Positions 36,626 to 46,827 of a stretch of DNA of 64,000 bases are shown piece after piece. Made by a program: the position numbers and the translations under genes. Every line of letters begins with the position of its first letter. Position 1 is the stretch's first letter. The notes under the pieces were generated by a model. The model was not told the origin of the DNA, did not search any database, and saw only the letters and a list, made by a program, of their open reading frames with translations. The DNA comes from a virus: the IMG/VR virus record IMGVR_UViG_3300051212_000550; one strand, written 5' to 3'.

Positions 36626-36995
36626 TGGGTGAGAAGGTATAGTTACCCCCGACTTGCAGTTTCTTAGGCTGCTAGTGCAACACGACCACCAACGGTGTTA
36701 CCGTTGAAGCTCATTGCTGCGAAGTCAAATGCATCATCGTTTGCATTTATAGTTTTGCTTGATTTACGGTCATCGCCTACCGTGTTGCCGTCTCTACTAT
36801 CTACCCCTGTCGAAACCATAACTGGCCCATTAGGGAGAACACTACTTGCTATGCCGGCCACTATCACTTACCGCGGAGTTGTGCGCCTTCCAGCTCCTTC
36901 TGCAATGTTCTCTCTGGTGGACCAGGCGGGAGTCGAACCCGCGTCCAGAAGTCCTTCGCTTTGAAGGGATTACAACAATTCTTTATTCGTAAGGT
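36626..36995 (-). ncRNA. ssrA: circularly permuted (two-piece) tmRNA gene, ssrA
   Basis: upstream piece ends GGACGCGGGUUCGACUCCCGCCUGGUCCACCA (E. coli tmRNA 3' end differs at only 5 positions); 86 nt downstream the 5' acceptor strand GGGCCAG (G3.U70 Ala identity, A73) is followed by UUAUGGUUUCGACAGGGG (tmRNA D-analog UUCGAC); resume codon GCA at 36744 opens the tag frame ANDDAFDFAAMSFNGNTVGGRVALAA-UAA (to 36664); a terminator follows. The 5' boundary is approximate. Confidence 0.75.
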
Positions 36996-37193
36996 TTTAA
37001 AAAGTCGTCGTCTTTTGAATCTTCTTCAAACTTAGTCCAATCATAGGTTACCAAGGCATGAATCCATGCACCGATACAATAGACAAGTAAAAGTAATATT
37101 AAAAAGCCACCCATGTTAATGTAACAACAATAATGATCACAACAATTAAAAATCCAACTAGAAATCTGGTTAAGTCGTCATTTATAAAAGTAT

Positions 37194-37451
37194 TTAACTT
37201 TCTTTCTTCATCATTGTCAAGACCTTAGTGTTCAAAATCATATTTTCTGTTACTAATTTTGTAATCGTTGCAAGGAGTATTAACTTATCCTCATCTGTAA
37301 CAATATCTTTATCAAATTGTTCCAGAATACTAGTACCAATCATCTTCATAGCTTCTTCTTTGCCATTTGTAAAGACACCCCAATCAATCGGATCGCCCTC
37401 TTCTGCGGCAAATGCGATATCAGTTAATTCTTCTAAAGTTATTTTAGCCAT
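37194..37451 (-). CDS. hypothetical protein
   Basis: ORF track. Confidence 0.5.
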   Translation of the reverse strand: MAKITLEELTDIAFAAEEGDPIDWGVFTNGKEEAMKMIGTSILEQFDKDIVTDEDKLILLATITKLVTENMILNTKVLTMMKKES

Positions 37452-37849
37452 CCAATCCTCTTATTATTGTCTTTTCTGTATTGATATTCTTCTACGCTGC
37501 CCGGAAATCTCCAGGCCCATATAGCAACCAGTAGCATAGATATTCCGCTATAGATTACAGCTTTTACATTATACGTGGTAAACCAAAGAAACGCTAGACT
37601 AGATGACATAACTAAGATCATTAGATACTTGCCTTTGGTTGGAAATACTTTTTTCTGCGTCCAGTTTGTAAGAAAAGGACCAAATCTAGGATGATTGTAT
37701 AACCAATCATGCATCTTTGGAGAGCTCTTAGCAAAGCAATAGGCTGCGAATACTAAGAATATGCTGAATGGAATTCCCGGAGTGACTACTCCAACGTAGG
37801 CCATACCTAAACTTAAGAATCCTAAAATTTTCCAAAATAATTTTTTCAT
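37439..37849 (-). CDS. YbaN-like inner membrane protein (DUF454)
   Basis: GVVTPGIPFSIFLVFAAYCFAKSSPKMHDWL parallels E. coli YbaN. Confidence 0.65.
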   Translation of the reverse strand: MKKLFWKILGFLSLGMAYVGVVTPGIPFSIFLVFAAYCFAKSSPKMHDWLYNHPRFGPFLTNWTQKKVFPTKGKYLMILVMSSSLAFLWFTTYNVKAVIYSGISMLLVAIWAWRFPGSVEEYQYRKDNNKRIGWLK

Positions 37850-38865
37850 TATACCGCCTGTAAGTCAGTTAATCCTGTTGCATAAAGTTGATCATTCAAC
37901 AGAGTCAATACCTGCTTTCTATTATTTGTTTTACTAAAACTGATATGAATCCAAGGAAGTCTCGTGCCTGTGGTTTTATATTCCAACAATAATTGATCAT
38001 AGGGAATGAGATCTTTAAGTTCTCTGGCGATCCTATAATAATCACCTTTAGTCACATTCCTAAATTGTAGATCAACTGCTTGACCTGTGACATGTTGACT
38101 CTTTTGACTTGTTGACGCTGGTCTGAATGTGTTGGTTATGAATGCATTAGGATATCTGCTAAAGATTGGTTCTAATACATTAATAGCTAGTAATTTTAAA
38201 TTACAAACAGTTTCACCTAATGATAATCTTAGGTCACCTAATCTAAGAGGATGATCAAAGATTACATTAGGAGCTCTAGTTAATTTGCCAACAGTAAATC
38301 TCGGACTTAATTGAACAGCATCTAGTGCAGCACCTTGCAATTTAGGTAATCCAGGAGGTTCTACTATCGTCTCAATTCCGCCACATGCTGTAGTAACAGG
38401 ACCTGTGTATTTCCCAGGAACATTGTCTTTCTGCCCACTGGCTTTAGGATCAGCAACTTCTTGTTCTCTTTTGCTGATCACTCCTCGTTTTTTTAATAGA
38501 TCAAACCTAATCTTTCCACTGCCAGGAGTAATAACATCATCATCGTCTCCGGCTACAACTTCGCGGATACTAGGAATGTCTTGATCTACGTCGTCACCTA
38601 CAAATACATTGGCACTGCCTCCAACTCTCGCCGCTCCGCTGACGTCTCTATTAGTGGTGTAATTGATACGTTGATTATGAGCAAACACGGCATTGCTACC
38701 GTGAGCAGTCTTGTCTTGTGCTGAAAGCGGAACTAGAGTCCCAACGTCACTGGTATTGACTGAAGCTAATAAATTATTTGCATATACAGTGGTATTGCCA
38801 TCAGTCTTGATGACTACTTTTCCTGACGTATTCGGATCAGTATACCGCTGTATTGCTTTAACCAT
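37849..38865 (-). CDS. protein with C-terminal M15-family (LAS metallopeptidase) peptidoglycan hydrolase domain
   Basis: zinc ligand motifs SQHVTGQAVD and WIHIS. Confidence 0.6.
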   Translation of the reverse strand: MVKAIQRYTDPNTSGKVVIKTDGNTTVYANNLLASVNTSDVGTLVPLSAQDKTAHGSNAVFAHNQRINYTTNRDVSGAARVGGSANVFVGDDVDQDIPSIREVVAGDDDDVITPGSGKIRFDLLKKRGVISKREQEVADPKASGQKDNVPGKYTGPVTTACGGIETIVEPPGLPKLQGAALDAVQLSPRFTVGKLTRAPNVIFDHPLRLGDLRLSLGETVCNLKLLAINVLEPIFSRYPNAFITNTFRPASTSQKSQHVTGQAVDLQFRNVTKGDYYRIARELKDLIPYDQLLLEYKTTGTRLPWIHISFSKTNNRKQVLTLLNDQLYATGLTDLQAV

Positions 38866-38866
38866 T

Positions 38867-39157
38867 TTATGCTAATGCTATTCCTGTGGTCTGTTGAGTA
38901 TAAGCCATGGCAAAATCTTTATCAGTGGCTTCCATTACAACAACTGTTGACTTGAACAATTTGATTTCTTTTTCGGGATTAACTGTAAAAAGATAAGGCA
39001 TCATACCTACACCTTTCTGTGTCATGCTTAATACCATTGGTTTACTTAATTTGTAATACAATGGACCGTCTTCGATTAGTTTCGCAATTAACTCTTCACC
39101 TGTAGACAGTTTTAATGTTATTACTTCGCCTCCAGTTACACCTTTATCAATTAGCAT
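38867..39157 (-). CDS. hypothetical protein
   Basis: ORF track. Confidence 0.5.
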   Translation of the reverse strand: MLIDKGVTGGEVITLKLSTGEELIAKLIEDGPLYYKLSKPMVLSMTQKGVGMMPYLFTVNPEKEIKLFKSTVVVMEATDKDFAMAYTQQTTGIALA

Positions 39158-39386
39158 GATATTCCTTTGCTAGATATGCTTTTAATTCTGTAAATCCACC
39201 GATAAGTTTGTCATCTAAAAAAATCTGAGGGACCGTACGTGCTGTCGGTACTGCTTCTAGTAGATCCTCTTTACTGTATCCATCTCCGATTTTCTTTTCT
39301 TCAAACTTGATACCTTTTTGCGTTAACAGTGCCTTTGCCTGATCGCAATAAGGACAATGATACTTACTCCACACTACTGCTTTCAT
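39147..39386 (-). CDS. glutaredoxin
   Basis: active site CPYC in a thioredoxin fold; located next to RNR. Confidence 0.8.
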   Translation of the reverse strand: MKAVVWSKYHCPYCDQAKALLTQKGIKFEEKKIGDGYSKEDLLEAVPTARTVPQIFLDDKLIGGFTELKAYLAKEYHAN

Positions 39387-39703
39387 TTCTTTTCCTCTTT
39401 TAGTTCTTTTATTAATTGATTCAATCGATCAATCTCTTTAGATCGAGATGCGTAACGGCTCTGTTCTTTTTTACGTGGTTCAACTTTAATTACACAAGGA
39501 GTATCAATTTTCACAGATACTTCGTGTACTCTGTTGCTCCAATCTAACAACTTATCGCTTAACCAATCTAAAAATTGTACACGGAGGCATTTGCTCTTTT
39601 CCTCAATTTCTCGTAGCTTTTGATTATAAGCTTTCATTTCTATCGCAACTTCGCTAGGACCTGATTTAAGAGCTTGGTCTACTCTCTCTTTTGATATTTT
39701 CAT
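39383..39703 (-). CDS. hypothetical coiled-coil protein
   Basis: ORF track. Confidence 0.5.
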   Translation of the reverse strand: MKISKERVDQALKSGPSEVAIEMKAYNQKLREIEEKSKCLRVQFLDWLSDKLLDWSNRVHEVSVKIDTPCVIKVEPRKKEQSRYASRSKEIDRLNQLIKELKEEKK

Positions 39704-39893
39704 CTATTTCCTTTAACTTGAATATACGATGCTATTGTTTTTATCAACTACCCTAACCATTACTGCACCCTTTTGTTTTTTTTGTAGAGCGGCAGAAATG
39801 GCCTGGGCTTCAGTGCCAAATGTTCCAAGAGTGGTCCATGATTCATATGGACTTTTACTTTTGAATTGAGCTTTATACATATTCTATACTTAA

Positions 39894-40994
39894 TTAAATT
39901 GCCGGTAGCTCTTCATAATTTAGAGCATCGCTCATGACACCAATGACATAGTTTGTTGACTCATTTTCTTGTAGAGCGGTCTGTTTCTTTGATGTATCAC
40001 TATGTTTGTTAAACCAAGGAATTGGTGTAGTTTTTGGTGCAGGATTCCAGTACTTGATACCAATATCTTTCAATGAAACAGCAGCAGTATAATCTACAAA
40101 GTCCTTGAGAATGTTTGCATTGAGGCCGATAACAGGACCTTTTTGGAACAGATAATCGGCCCATGCTTTTTCTTCAGCAATAACATCTTTATAAATTTTA
40201 ATAACTTCTTCTTGGCATTCTTGTGCCGCACTAGCAAAACGAGGATCTTCCTTGACAACTTGATTGATCAAGAATGCCGTCCATCCTTTGTGTAGAAGTT
40301 CGTCTTGTAGAATTAGGCTAATAATGTTACCGTTGCCGATAAAGATCTTGTTCTCAACCATTGCTAGACTTGTAGCAAATGATACCATGAAGCGGAATGC
40401 TTCTAAAGCATAGCTGGCATGTAATGCTAGATAGATTGCTTTAACGTGTTCTTCTTCACTAATGGCCTCGCCCATTTCTTTGCGACAGTTAATAACATGT
40501 AACTTATCATAATATGCACCTACACTACTGGCCATGTCAACAATCTCTTTGGTATCGTGGATAGTGTTAAACACTTCCTTAGGCACATTGTAAATATTAC
40601 GAATGATATGACTGTAACTACGACTGTGAATGTTAGTTTCAAAGAATGTCCAATTGTAGACTAACGCTTCTAGTTCTGGTAGACTTACGACCGGAGTAAA
40701 GATTTGACTTGGGCCGCGACCTTGCAGGCTGTCAAGAGCAGTTTGCCTAAGCAGGTTACTAGTGAAGATATGTTTAACTGCATCTGATGCATCCTTGAAG
40801 TCGTTAGCATCTTTGGCTAGACTGATTTCTTCTGGAACCCAAAAGAAACCACGTGCGGTCTTTTCAAAGTCTGCAATCTTATTATATTTGACTTCCTCGA
40901 AACGTTGGATAGTAACCGGACCCGCTGGATCCAAGAACATCTTACGATTAAGATAGTCTGTCTTTGTGTTTAGGTTATATTGAGCTCTGCTCAT
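39894..40994 (-). CDS. nrdB: ribonucleotide reductase class Ia small subunit
   Basis: di-iron and tyrosyl-radical family similarity. Confidence 0.9.
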   Translation of the reverse strand: MSRAQYNLNTKTDYLNRKMFLDPAGPVTIQRFEEVKYNKIADFEKTARGFFWVPEEISLAKDANDFKDASDAVKHIFTSNLLRQTALDSLQGRGPSQIFTPVVSLPELEALVYNWTFFETNIHSRSYSHIIRNIYNVPKEVFNTIHDTKEIVDMASSVGAYYDKLHVINCRKEMGEAISEEEHVKAIYLALHASYALEAFRFMVSFATSLAMVENKIFIGNGNIISLILQDELLHKGWTAFLINQVVKEDPRFASAAQECQEEVIKIYKDVIAEEKAWADYLFQKGPVIGLNANILKDFVDYTAAVSLKDIGIKYWNPAPKTTPIPWFNKHSDTSKKQTALQENESTNYVIGVMSDALNYEELPAI

Positions 40995-43318
40995 AGTTTA
41001 CATGCCTCGCAATCATCTTCTAGTTCTATGTCACTATGTCCGTTGTAGTGAACGACTTCTTGTACTTTATCTTCCTGCATCTTACTGCCTTGTTTGTTGA
41101 TCAAACTATAATAGAAAGTTTTGATTCCCCACATATGGGCCTGCATTAAGTTCTTAGCGATCAATGTCGTAGGAACTTTTCTATCAACAAAATGTGCAGG
41201 ATTATAGAATGTATTAGTAGAGATACTTTGATCTACATATGCAGCTAATACTGCCGCAGTTTTTAAGTAACCCTGGCAATCTTTCTGTTCCCACATCAAT
41301 TGGTATTTGTTCTTGAGTCTGTGATATTCTGGAACTACCTGCGTAAACGAACCTGCCTTTGACTCCTTAGTACTGATAAGGCTCATTGGTAGTTCTATTC
41401 CATTTGTACTATTAATAACAACAGAGCTAGACTCAACTGGAGCAATAGCCATAAGAGTAGCATTTCGTACACCATGTCGCTTCATCTCCTCACGTAAAGG
41501 TTCCCAATCTAGTTCTGGTGTGAAATCAGCTAACTCATTAACACCGTGTGCGCGGCGCTCCCAAGGAAACACTCCCTTGCCATACCATGTCTTGTTGCTG
41601 TCAAGGCACTTGCCACGTTCTTTAGCCAATTCAACTGTTGCTTCTGTAAGATAGTATGCCTGATGTTCCATCCAAGATTTAACTTCAGAAAGAGCATCTT
41701 TCTCTCCGTATTTGAGTCCACGCTTGGCATGCCAATAGGCTAGGTTAGTAACACCAATGCCTAATGGCTGTATTTCTTGATTGCTTAATTCTGATTGGAT
41801 GCTTAGAAAATCTTGATAATCCAAAATATTGCAAAGGCTACGCTGCAATATACGGCAAGCACGGCGCATATCCTCAGGATTGCGAAAGGCACCCCAGTTA
41901 ATGGACCCAAGGGTGCAAAGAGCAATTCGGCCCTCCGGATCGTCGAGCCTCTTAAATGGTTTCGTAGGTAATAGGATCTCACAGCAAAGATTAGATTGAT
42001 AAATCGTATGATACTCTGTATCAAACGGTCCTTGATTCATGACATTGTCGATGAATACAAGATAAATTCTACCTGTGTCTGTGCGCTCTTTTAAAATGCC
42101 CCCTTTGAATACTTCTTCAGCATTCATCACTTTCTTACGGAGACCTTTTTGCTTTTCGTATTTAACATATAGTTCTTCAAATCTTTCTGTATTACTGTAG
42201 AAAGCTTCATAAAGATCTGGAACTTCGTTTGGATCAAAAAATGTTATGTTTTCTCTGTTCTTGAATCTTCTCCAGAACATTGCATTAAGCACAACCCCAT
42301 AATCCATATGACGGACTCGGGTTTCCTCTGTTCCTTGATTGTTTTTAAGAACAATAAGATCATCAAACTGATGATGCCAAATAGGATAGAATACAGTAGC
42401 ACTAGCATTGCGGATACCTCCTTGGCTGCAAGAGCGCAAATCACCAAACCACTTCTTAAGGAATGGGATCATTCCTGTATGCATGATTTCACCACCTCTG
42501 ATGGGGCTACCTAGAGGTCTTAGACGACCAATCTCCAAACCGATGCCTGCACGTTTGCTGGCATACTTAGCCATCATTTCGCCACTAGCGAATATACTAT
42601 CCAAATCATCATCAGACCTAATGAGAACGCAAGAAGAAAATTGTTTCGTCGGAGTGCCAAGGCCAGCAAGAACAGGAGTAGCAAGAGTAAAAAGGCCATC
42701 ACTAGCAGCATTATAATATTCCTTTATGTAACGCATACGAGCCGCATTTGGTTCTTCTTTATGGAATACTGTTGCGGCTGCAATCATATAACGAACCTGC
42801 GGTGTTTCGTAAATTTCTTTAGTAGCACGATTGCGTACTAGATATTTTTCAATCAATTGCTCGATCGCTGCATATGAATATTCTTCATCTTTGCTATGAT
42901 CAATCATTTCATCCATTTTGTTCCAGTCATCTTCTGAATACCAATCTAGAAGCTCCGGAGTATATAGACCTACTGATATGTTCTTTTTTACAATGTCTAG
43001 GAGATGCGGAACCTCATAACTTCCATATACATCTTTTCTCAGCATTGATAATCTTTGTTTTCCGGCAACATACTGATAATTGGTGTGTCCGACGTCGGGA
43101 TTGGCTTCAACGTCAATTAGATCAACAATCGCTCTTAAAGTAATGTTATCAATTTCTTTAGTTGTAATACCATCATAGAAATGCAATTGTGCTTTGATTT
43201 CTATCATCGATTGACTAACGTCGGCGATACCTTTGCATACTTTTGCTACCTGTGCCTGCCACTTTTCGATGTGTAGTGGCTCTTTACTTCCGTCTCTTTT
43301 AATAACTATTGTGTTCAT
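40991..43318 (-). CDS. nrdA: ribonucleotide reductase class Ia large subunit (with ATP cone)
   Basis: active-site SNLCCEI; C-terminal redox Cys pair CEACKL. Confidence 0.9.
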   Translation of the reverse strand: MNTIVIKRDGSKEPLHIEKWQAQVAKVCKGIADVSQSMIEIKAQLHFYDGITTKEIDNITLRAIVDLIDVEANPDVGHTNYQYVAGKQRLSMLRKDVYGSYEVPHLLDIVKKNISVGLYTPELLDWYSEDDWNKMDEMIDHSKDEEYSYAAIEQLIEKYLVRNRATKEIYETPQVRYMIAAATVFHKEEPNAARMRYIKEYYNAASDGLFTLATPVLAGLGTPTKQFSSCVLIRSDDDLDSIFASGEMMAKYASKRAGIGLEIGRLRPLGSPIRGGEIMHTGMIPFLKKWFGDLRSCSQGGIRNASATVFYPIWHHQFDDLIVLKNNQGTEETRVRHMDYGVVLNAMFWRRFKNRENITFFDPNEVPDLYEAFYSNTERFEELYVKYEKQKGLRKKVMNAEEVFKGGILKERTDTGRIYLVFIDNVMNQGPFDTEYHTIYQSNLCCEILLPTKPFKRLDDPEGRIALCTLGSINWGAFRNPEDMRRACRILQRSLCNILDYQDFLSIQSELSNQEIQPLGIGVTNLAYWHAKRGLKYGEKDALSEVKSWMEHQAYYLTEATVELAKERGKCLDSNKTWYGKGVFPWERRAHGVNELADFTPELDWEPLREEMKRHGVRNATLMAIAPVESSSVVINSTNGIELPMSLISTKESKAGSFTQVVPEYHRLKNKYQLMWEQKDCQGYLKTAAVLAAYVDQSISTNTFYNPAHFVDRKVPTTLIAKNLMQAHMWGIKTFYYSLINKQGSKMQEDKVQEVVHYNGHSDIELEDDCEACKL

Positions 43319-43359
43319 TCTTAGTACGCCTCGATATTTTTTTTATAGTGAGCAGATAT

Positions 43360-43785
43360 TTATGGCAGGCTGCGACCTTTCCATATTATGTTTGAATCCT
43401 GCTGGGGAATTTCATGTATCTTTAAACTTCTCTTGTATTCAAAATTTAAAACATCAGACTGGTCCACAATTAAGAAAAATTTAGGATCTTTTTCATTGGG
43501 GAGCATAGACATATGTATCTCACAATGAGTGTCCATAAACCGCTGTGTTAACTTCAGAGTATACAGCATTCCTAAGGTTATTGCAAGATCATCGTATTTT
43601 CCTTCCAAAATTAAATGCCAAGGATCGGGCCATTCGGAGGGATTTTGTGTGTTAAGATAAGGATTAACAAAAGGAGCCAAAGACCAAAATTCAGCAACAT
43701 CCTGTAAAGGTGTGTTACTGACTTCTAACGCATCTCTAAATTCTCTCCAAATTTTAATCCTATCGTCGCGATAGAGATTAAACAC
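43360..43785 (-). CDS. hypothetical protein
   Basis: ORF track. Confidence 0.5.
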   Translation of the reverse strand: MFNLYRDDRIKIWREFRDALEVSNTPLQDVAEFWSLAPFVNPYLNTQNPSEWPDPWHLILEGKYDDLAITLGMLYTLKLTQRFMDTHCEIHMSMLPNEKDPKFFLIVDQSDVLNFEYKRSLKIHEIPQQDSNIIWKGRSLP

Positions 43786-45313
43786 CGTATGTTACAAAGT
43801 AAGAGATTTGGCCAGTGGCTTGATTGGCGATCGGATTTTTATACCATAACTGAATAGTATCTAATCCTGAATCAAGATTATTGTCAAGAACGTTCGTTCC
43901 AAATTCAAAACCTGTCATAGCCGTTGCTCCTGATGTGTAGTTAAATTCGTCAGTTAATGATATAACACTGGGGCTTATTGCGTCAACGATTAATCTTAAA
44001 ATTCCTCGTCTAACTCCAGTGCCAAGTGTTAGCGTATAATCAATTTCTATAAATTTATTGAAACTAGAAAATACCGCTAGTGTTCGTTGTCCGTCTGAGG
44101 TAAAGATGTCAGTTACAACATTATTGACTATGTTGGTTCTTGCACCATTAAGAACTTCTGGCCATCCTGCTTTAGCTGCTGATGACGATACTCCGGCTTC
44201 TTGAGTCCTATCAAAATAACAATCTGTTACAATATTATTCTTTGTTTGAACAAAAGAAATAACTGGTGCTATAGGTGTAGCAGCATTGTTAAGACCATTG
44301 GCACAGATTAAAAATCTACTGCTTTCAATAGACATGTCGTTTCCGTTTGTAACATGAATAGCCTGATTGAAAATCAATTCAAAATGACAATTCTTCACAG
44401 TCCACTGATTGCTTTGATTAGCCTGTCCTTGTAAGTAGATTCCCTTACCACAGAGATAGAAATTACAATTATCAAAATTAACATGAGTAGTTAATGCAGA
44501 AGAATATATTGCTGATACTGCAATATAGCTCTTAGTAAAATTACAATTTGAAAAAGTTATGTCGGTTACTTTAGTTCCATCGATATCATTTGACCACGAC
44601 ACTGCTGATGTTTCTGTGCTGTTGCCCAACGCATAAGTTGATTCAAAAATAATATTATTAAATTTTGCATTTCTTAATCCAGTTAAATTCAATAGACCAG
44701 ATGTAAAATACATTTTTAAATTTGATATAGATACATTTTCAGGACGATCAGAGGACGTAAATGATCCTATATTCGTACCAAGGAAAGATTTAAAAGTAAC
44801 TGTGCTAGCATTGAACAGCAATGTAGTTGCTGATGCATTTTCTCCTACAATTACAGTATTAGATGGAATTCTAAGTGTTGTTGATAGAAGATAGTTACCG
44901 GCTGGTATCAATAAAGCTTTTCTAAAATTTACATTAGCATTTTGAAATAAGTCATCTAATGCTTTCTGGAATGCCGGAGAATCATTTGTAGTTCCATCTC
45001 CTTTAGCACCATAATCTAAAACGCTGACATATTCGTCTAATTTAGATTGTAGTGATCTAGAAATACTTTGTGTGATACTAGGATCATTAGAACCAAAACG
45101 ATAAGCCCTAGTAAGGTCTAGAATATTATCGTATTCGGTAAGAATTTTAGTATTGCCGACTAAAGGAGCGCCTTCAGTAACACTGCCGTTACCAATATAT
45201 AATTCTTGCGTGTCAACGGCCCAGGCAAATTCACCACCACTTAATTGCGGAATACCTGTTTGTAACTTTTTTCCTTTACGGACTTGTATTTTGCTTATTT
45301 GGACTACGGCCAT
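43778..45313 (-). CDS. right-handed beta-helix (pectate-lyase-fold) protein, candidate tail fibre/spike or depolymerase
   Basis: LDYGAKGDGTTNDSPAFQKAL is typical of the pectate lyase 3 / GH28 N-terminus. Confidence 0.65.
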   Translation of the reverse strand: MAVVQISKIQVRKGKKLQTGIPQLSGGEFAWAVDTQELYIGNGSVTEGAPLVGNTKILTEYDNILDLTRAYRFGSNDPSITQSISRSLQSKLDEYVSVLDYGAKGDGTTNDSPAFQKALDDLFQNANVNFRKALLIPAGNYLLSTTLRIPSNTVIVGENASATTLLFNASTVTFKSFLGTNIGSFTSSDRPENVSISNLKMYFTSGLLNLTGLRNAKFNNIIFESTYALGNSTETSAVSWSNDIDGTKVTDITFSNCNFTKSYIAVSAIYSSALTTHVNFDNCNFYLCGKGIYLQGQANQSNQWTVKNCHFELIFNQAIHVTNGNDMSIESSRFLICANGLNNAATPIAPVISFVQTKNNIVTDCYFDRTQEAGVSSSAAKAGWPEVLNGARTNIVNNVVTDIFTSDGQRTLAVFSSFNKFIEIDYTLTLGTGVRRGILRLIVDAISPSVISLTDEFNYTSGATAMTGFEFGTNVLDNNLDSGLDTIQLWYKNPIANQATGQISYFVTYGV

Positions 45314-45337
45314 AGATGTATACCCTTGTTAGGGTAT

Positions 45338-46012
45338 TTATCTAGAATTATAGTATTGCTCAACTCGCTCAAGCCATTTATCTGACCACTTATTCCAAGT
45401 TTCGGGGGTGATATCAAACTGCTGATACTCACAATCTCTAGAGCACATTAGGATATGTGCGTGTTTAATATCAGTGCCATGCATCTCGTTGTGTGCCATA
45501 GCATAGGCAACTAACTGTAGATAGTAGTCCTCAACCCACTCTTCCTTCTTGGGTCTGTTAGTTTGCTTGAAATCTATGATAGCAGGATTTTTATTAAAAA
45601 TTCCTACACCATCTGTAGTTCCTGCATATAATCCGGGAAAGTAAAGATTAACCTCTGAACCCCACATTTCGCTGACATTGCACATTCCTTGCTCAATGAT
45701 CACCTGGGCCATCTTAAAACCCTGTTGATGCACTAAGTTACTTTTAGCGACAAGTTTTTCTCCCTTAACGTAGTCCTCGAGATACTTGTGCATCGATGTG
45801 CCGACGCCTGCTGCTTCTGTAGTAATTTGCTGTGCTTTTTCTGCACCTACACGCTTGCGCCATTCATGGAGAAAAGTTTTATCTTTGGTAGAATCTAAGA
45901 TAGTTGTGACACTGGGAACAGGAATCCCATCGCCTGTATCATAGTGTCTTTTACCATTAATGGTTGTTCTAGTGGATGTGGGATATTGATATTTTTCTAT
46001 TAGTAGAGTCAT
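45338..46012 (-). CDS. PD-(D/E)XK nuclease (RecB/Cas4-like fold, QxxxY motif)
   Basis: D..IIDFKQT and YYLQLVAYA motifs. Confidence 0.6.
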   Translation of the reverse strand: MTLLIEKYQYPTSTRTTINGKRHYDTGDGIPVPSVTTILDSTKDKTFLHEWRKRVGAEKAQQITTEAAGVGTSMHKYLEDYVKGEKLVAKSNLVHQQGFKMAQVIIEQGMCNVSEMWGSEVNLYFPGLYAGTTDGVGIFNKNPAIIDFKQTNRPKKEEWVEDYYLQLVAYAMAHNEMHGTDIKHAHILMCSRDCEYQQFDITPETWNKWSDKWLERVEQYYNSR

Positions 46013-46042
46013 AAAGTATTTTAAAATATTACTTTATGTATG

Positions 46043-46450
46043 TCAAGCTGCTGTGACGTTTGGTGTTTGTGATTGTTGAGCTAACTGCTGCGGAGCAAGA
46101 CCCTGTGCCATTTGATTGATAGCGTTCTGGCTGTCTTGTTCTGGTTCTAGATCAGGATTATCATTTTCAATACCAGGAACATTTAGTTTGATAGTTTTAT
46201 CGTTAAAGTCTAAGACTAATTCCTGCATTGGAGGAGGAAGACTGTCATAGATAGATTTGAATGCTTCATAGTCAGCAGCCATTTCAAACCCTTGGCTGCG
46301 CATCATACGTGCAAAACCGTTCCAGTTAAATTCCGCTGGTTGTTTCTTGATAGCTGCCGTTCCAATGTAATTCTTCAGGGCCAAGATAAATTTATCAATC
46401 GGCTCTGTTTCGATTTCGTCTAAGGGTAAAGCAAATTCGTAAAATCTCAT
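46043..46450 (-). CDS. hypothetical acidic protein
   Basis: ORF track. Confidence 0.5.
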   Translation of the reverse strand: MRFYEFALPLDEIETEPIDKFILALKNYIGTAAIKKQPAEFNWNGFARMMRSQGFEMAADYEAFKSIYDSLPPPMQELVLDFNDKTIKLNVPGIENDNPDLEPEQDSQNAINQMAQGLAPQQLAQQSQTPNVTAA

Positions 46451-46827
46451 CCTAGTTGTGCCAATTGTTTTTGTAAATCAGAAATCTCAGCTTGCTTTTC
46501 TTTGATAGCATCCTGTATCTGTTTCTTTTGATCGTCGTGATCTTTCTTAGCCTGAGCTGCCTGCGCAGGGTCCATCTGTCCACCTGCCATTCCTGCTTGC
46601 CCAGCTGCTTGAGTTGTTTTCTGGGCCGCACTCTGAAAACCCTGTTTGGCCGCTTGACCAAGGCGGCTTACACCTCTTACCACAGCGCCACCGGCTGCCT
46701 GGGCACCCCTTGCTGCTAGTTGACCTGCACCGGCTGCAACACGACCAACACCTGCTGCTACCGCACCTAATACCGGCAGTATTTCATCTAGCTGTTGGTC
46801 ATTCTCTTTTAGGTCTTTGAGTCTCAT
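46447..46827 (-). CDS. Ala/Gly/Gln-rich low-complexity protein
   Basis: ORF track; compositional bias creates alternative-frame ORFs. Confidence 0.5.
   Translation of the reverse strand: MRLKDLKENDQQLDEILPVLGAVAAGVGRVAAGAGQLAARGAQAAGGAVVRGVSRLGQAAKQGFQSAAQKTTQAAGQAGMAGGQMDPAQAAQAKKDHDDQKKQIQDAIKEKQAEISDLQKQLAQLG

Noticed and set aside
36915-36950. Reading the T-arm/CCA block as a conventional tRNA or a tRNA 3' fragment (attP core)
   Set aside because: No D-arm or 5' acceptor strand exists upstream. Instead the complementary acceptor strand and tmRNA D-analog lie 86 nt downstream, the permuted tmRNA arrangement. No integrase is present in the window
36664-36964. ORF-track entries 36664..36867 (-) 67 aa and 36695..36964 (+) 89 aa
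   Set aside because: They lie inside the structured GC-rich tmRNA gene. The minus-strand ORF is the tmRNA tag reading frame artificially extended upstream of its GCA resume codon. The plus-strand ORF is antisense to the RNA
36626-36995. tmRNA locus as evidence that the window is host chromosome (ssrA is a common attB)
   Set aside because: Phage-type genes (HNH, lysins, fibre, paralog arrays, suppressor-like tRNA) flank it on both sides with uniform AT-rich composition. Retained as an alternative in the finding's refutation clause
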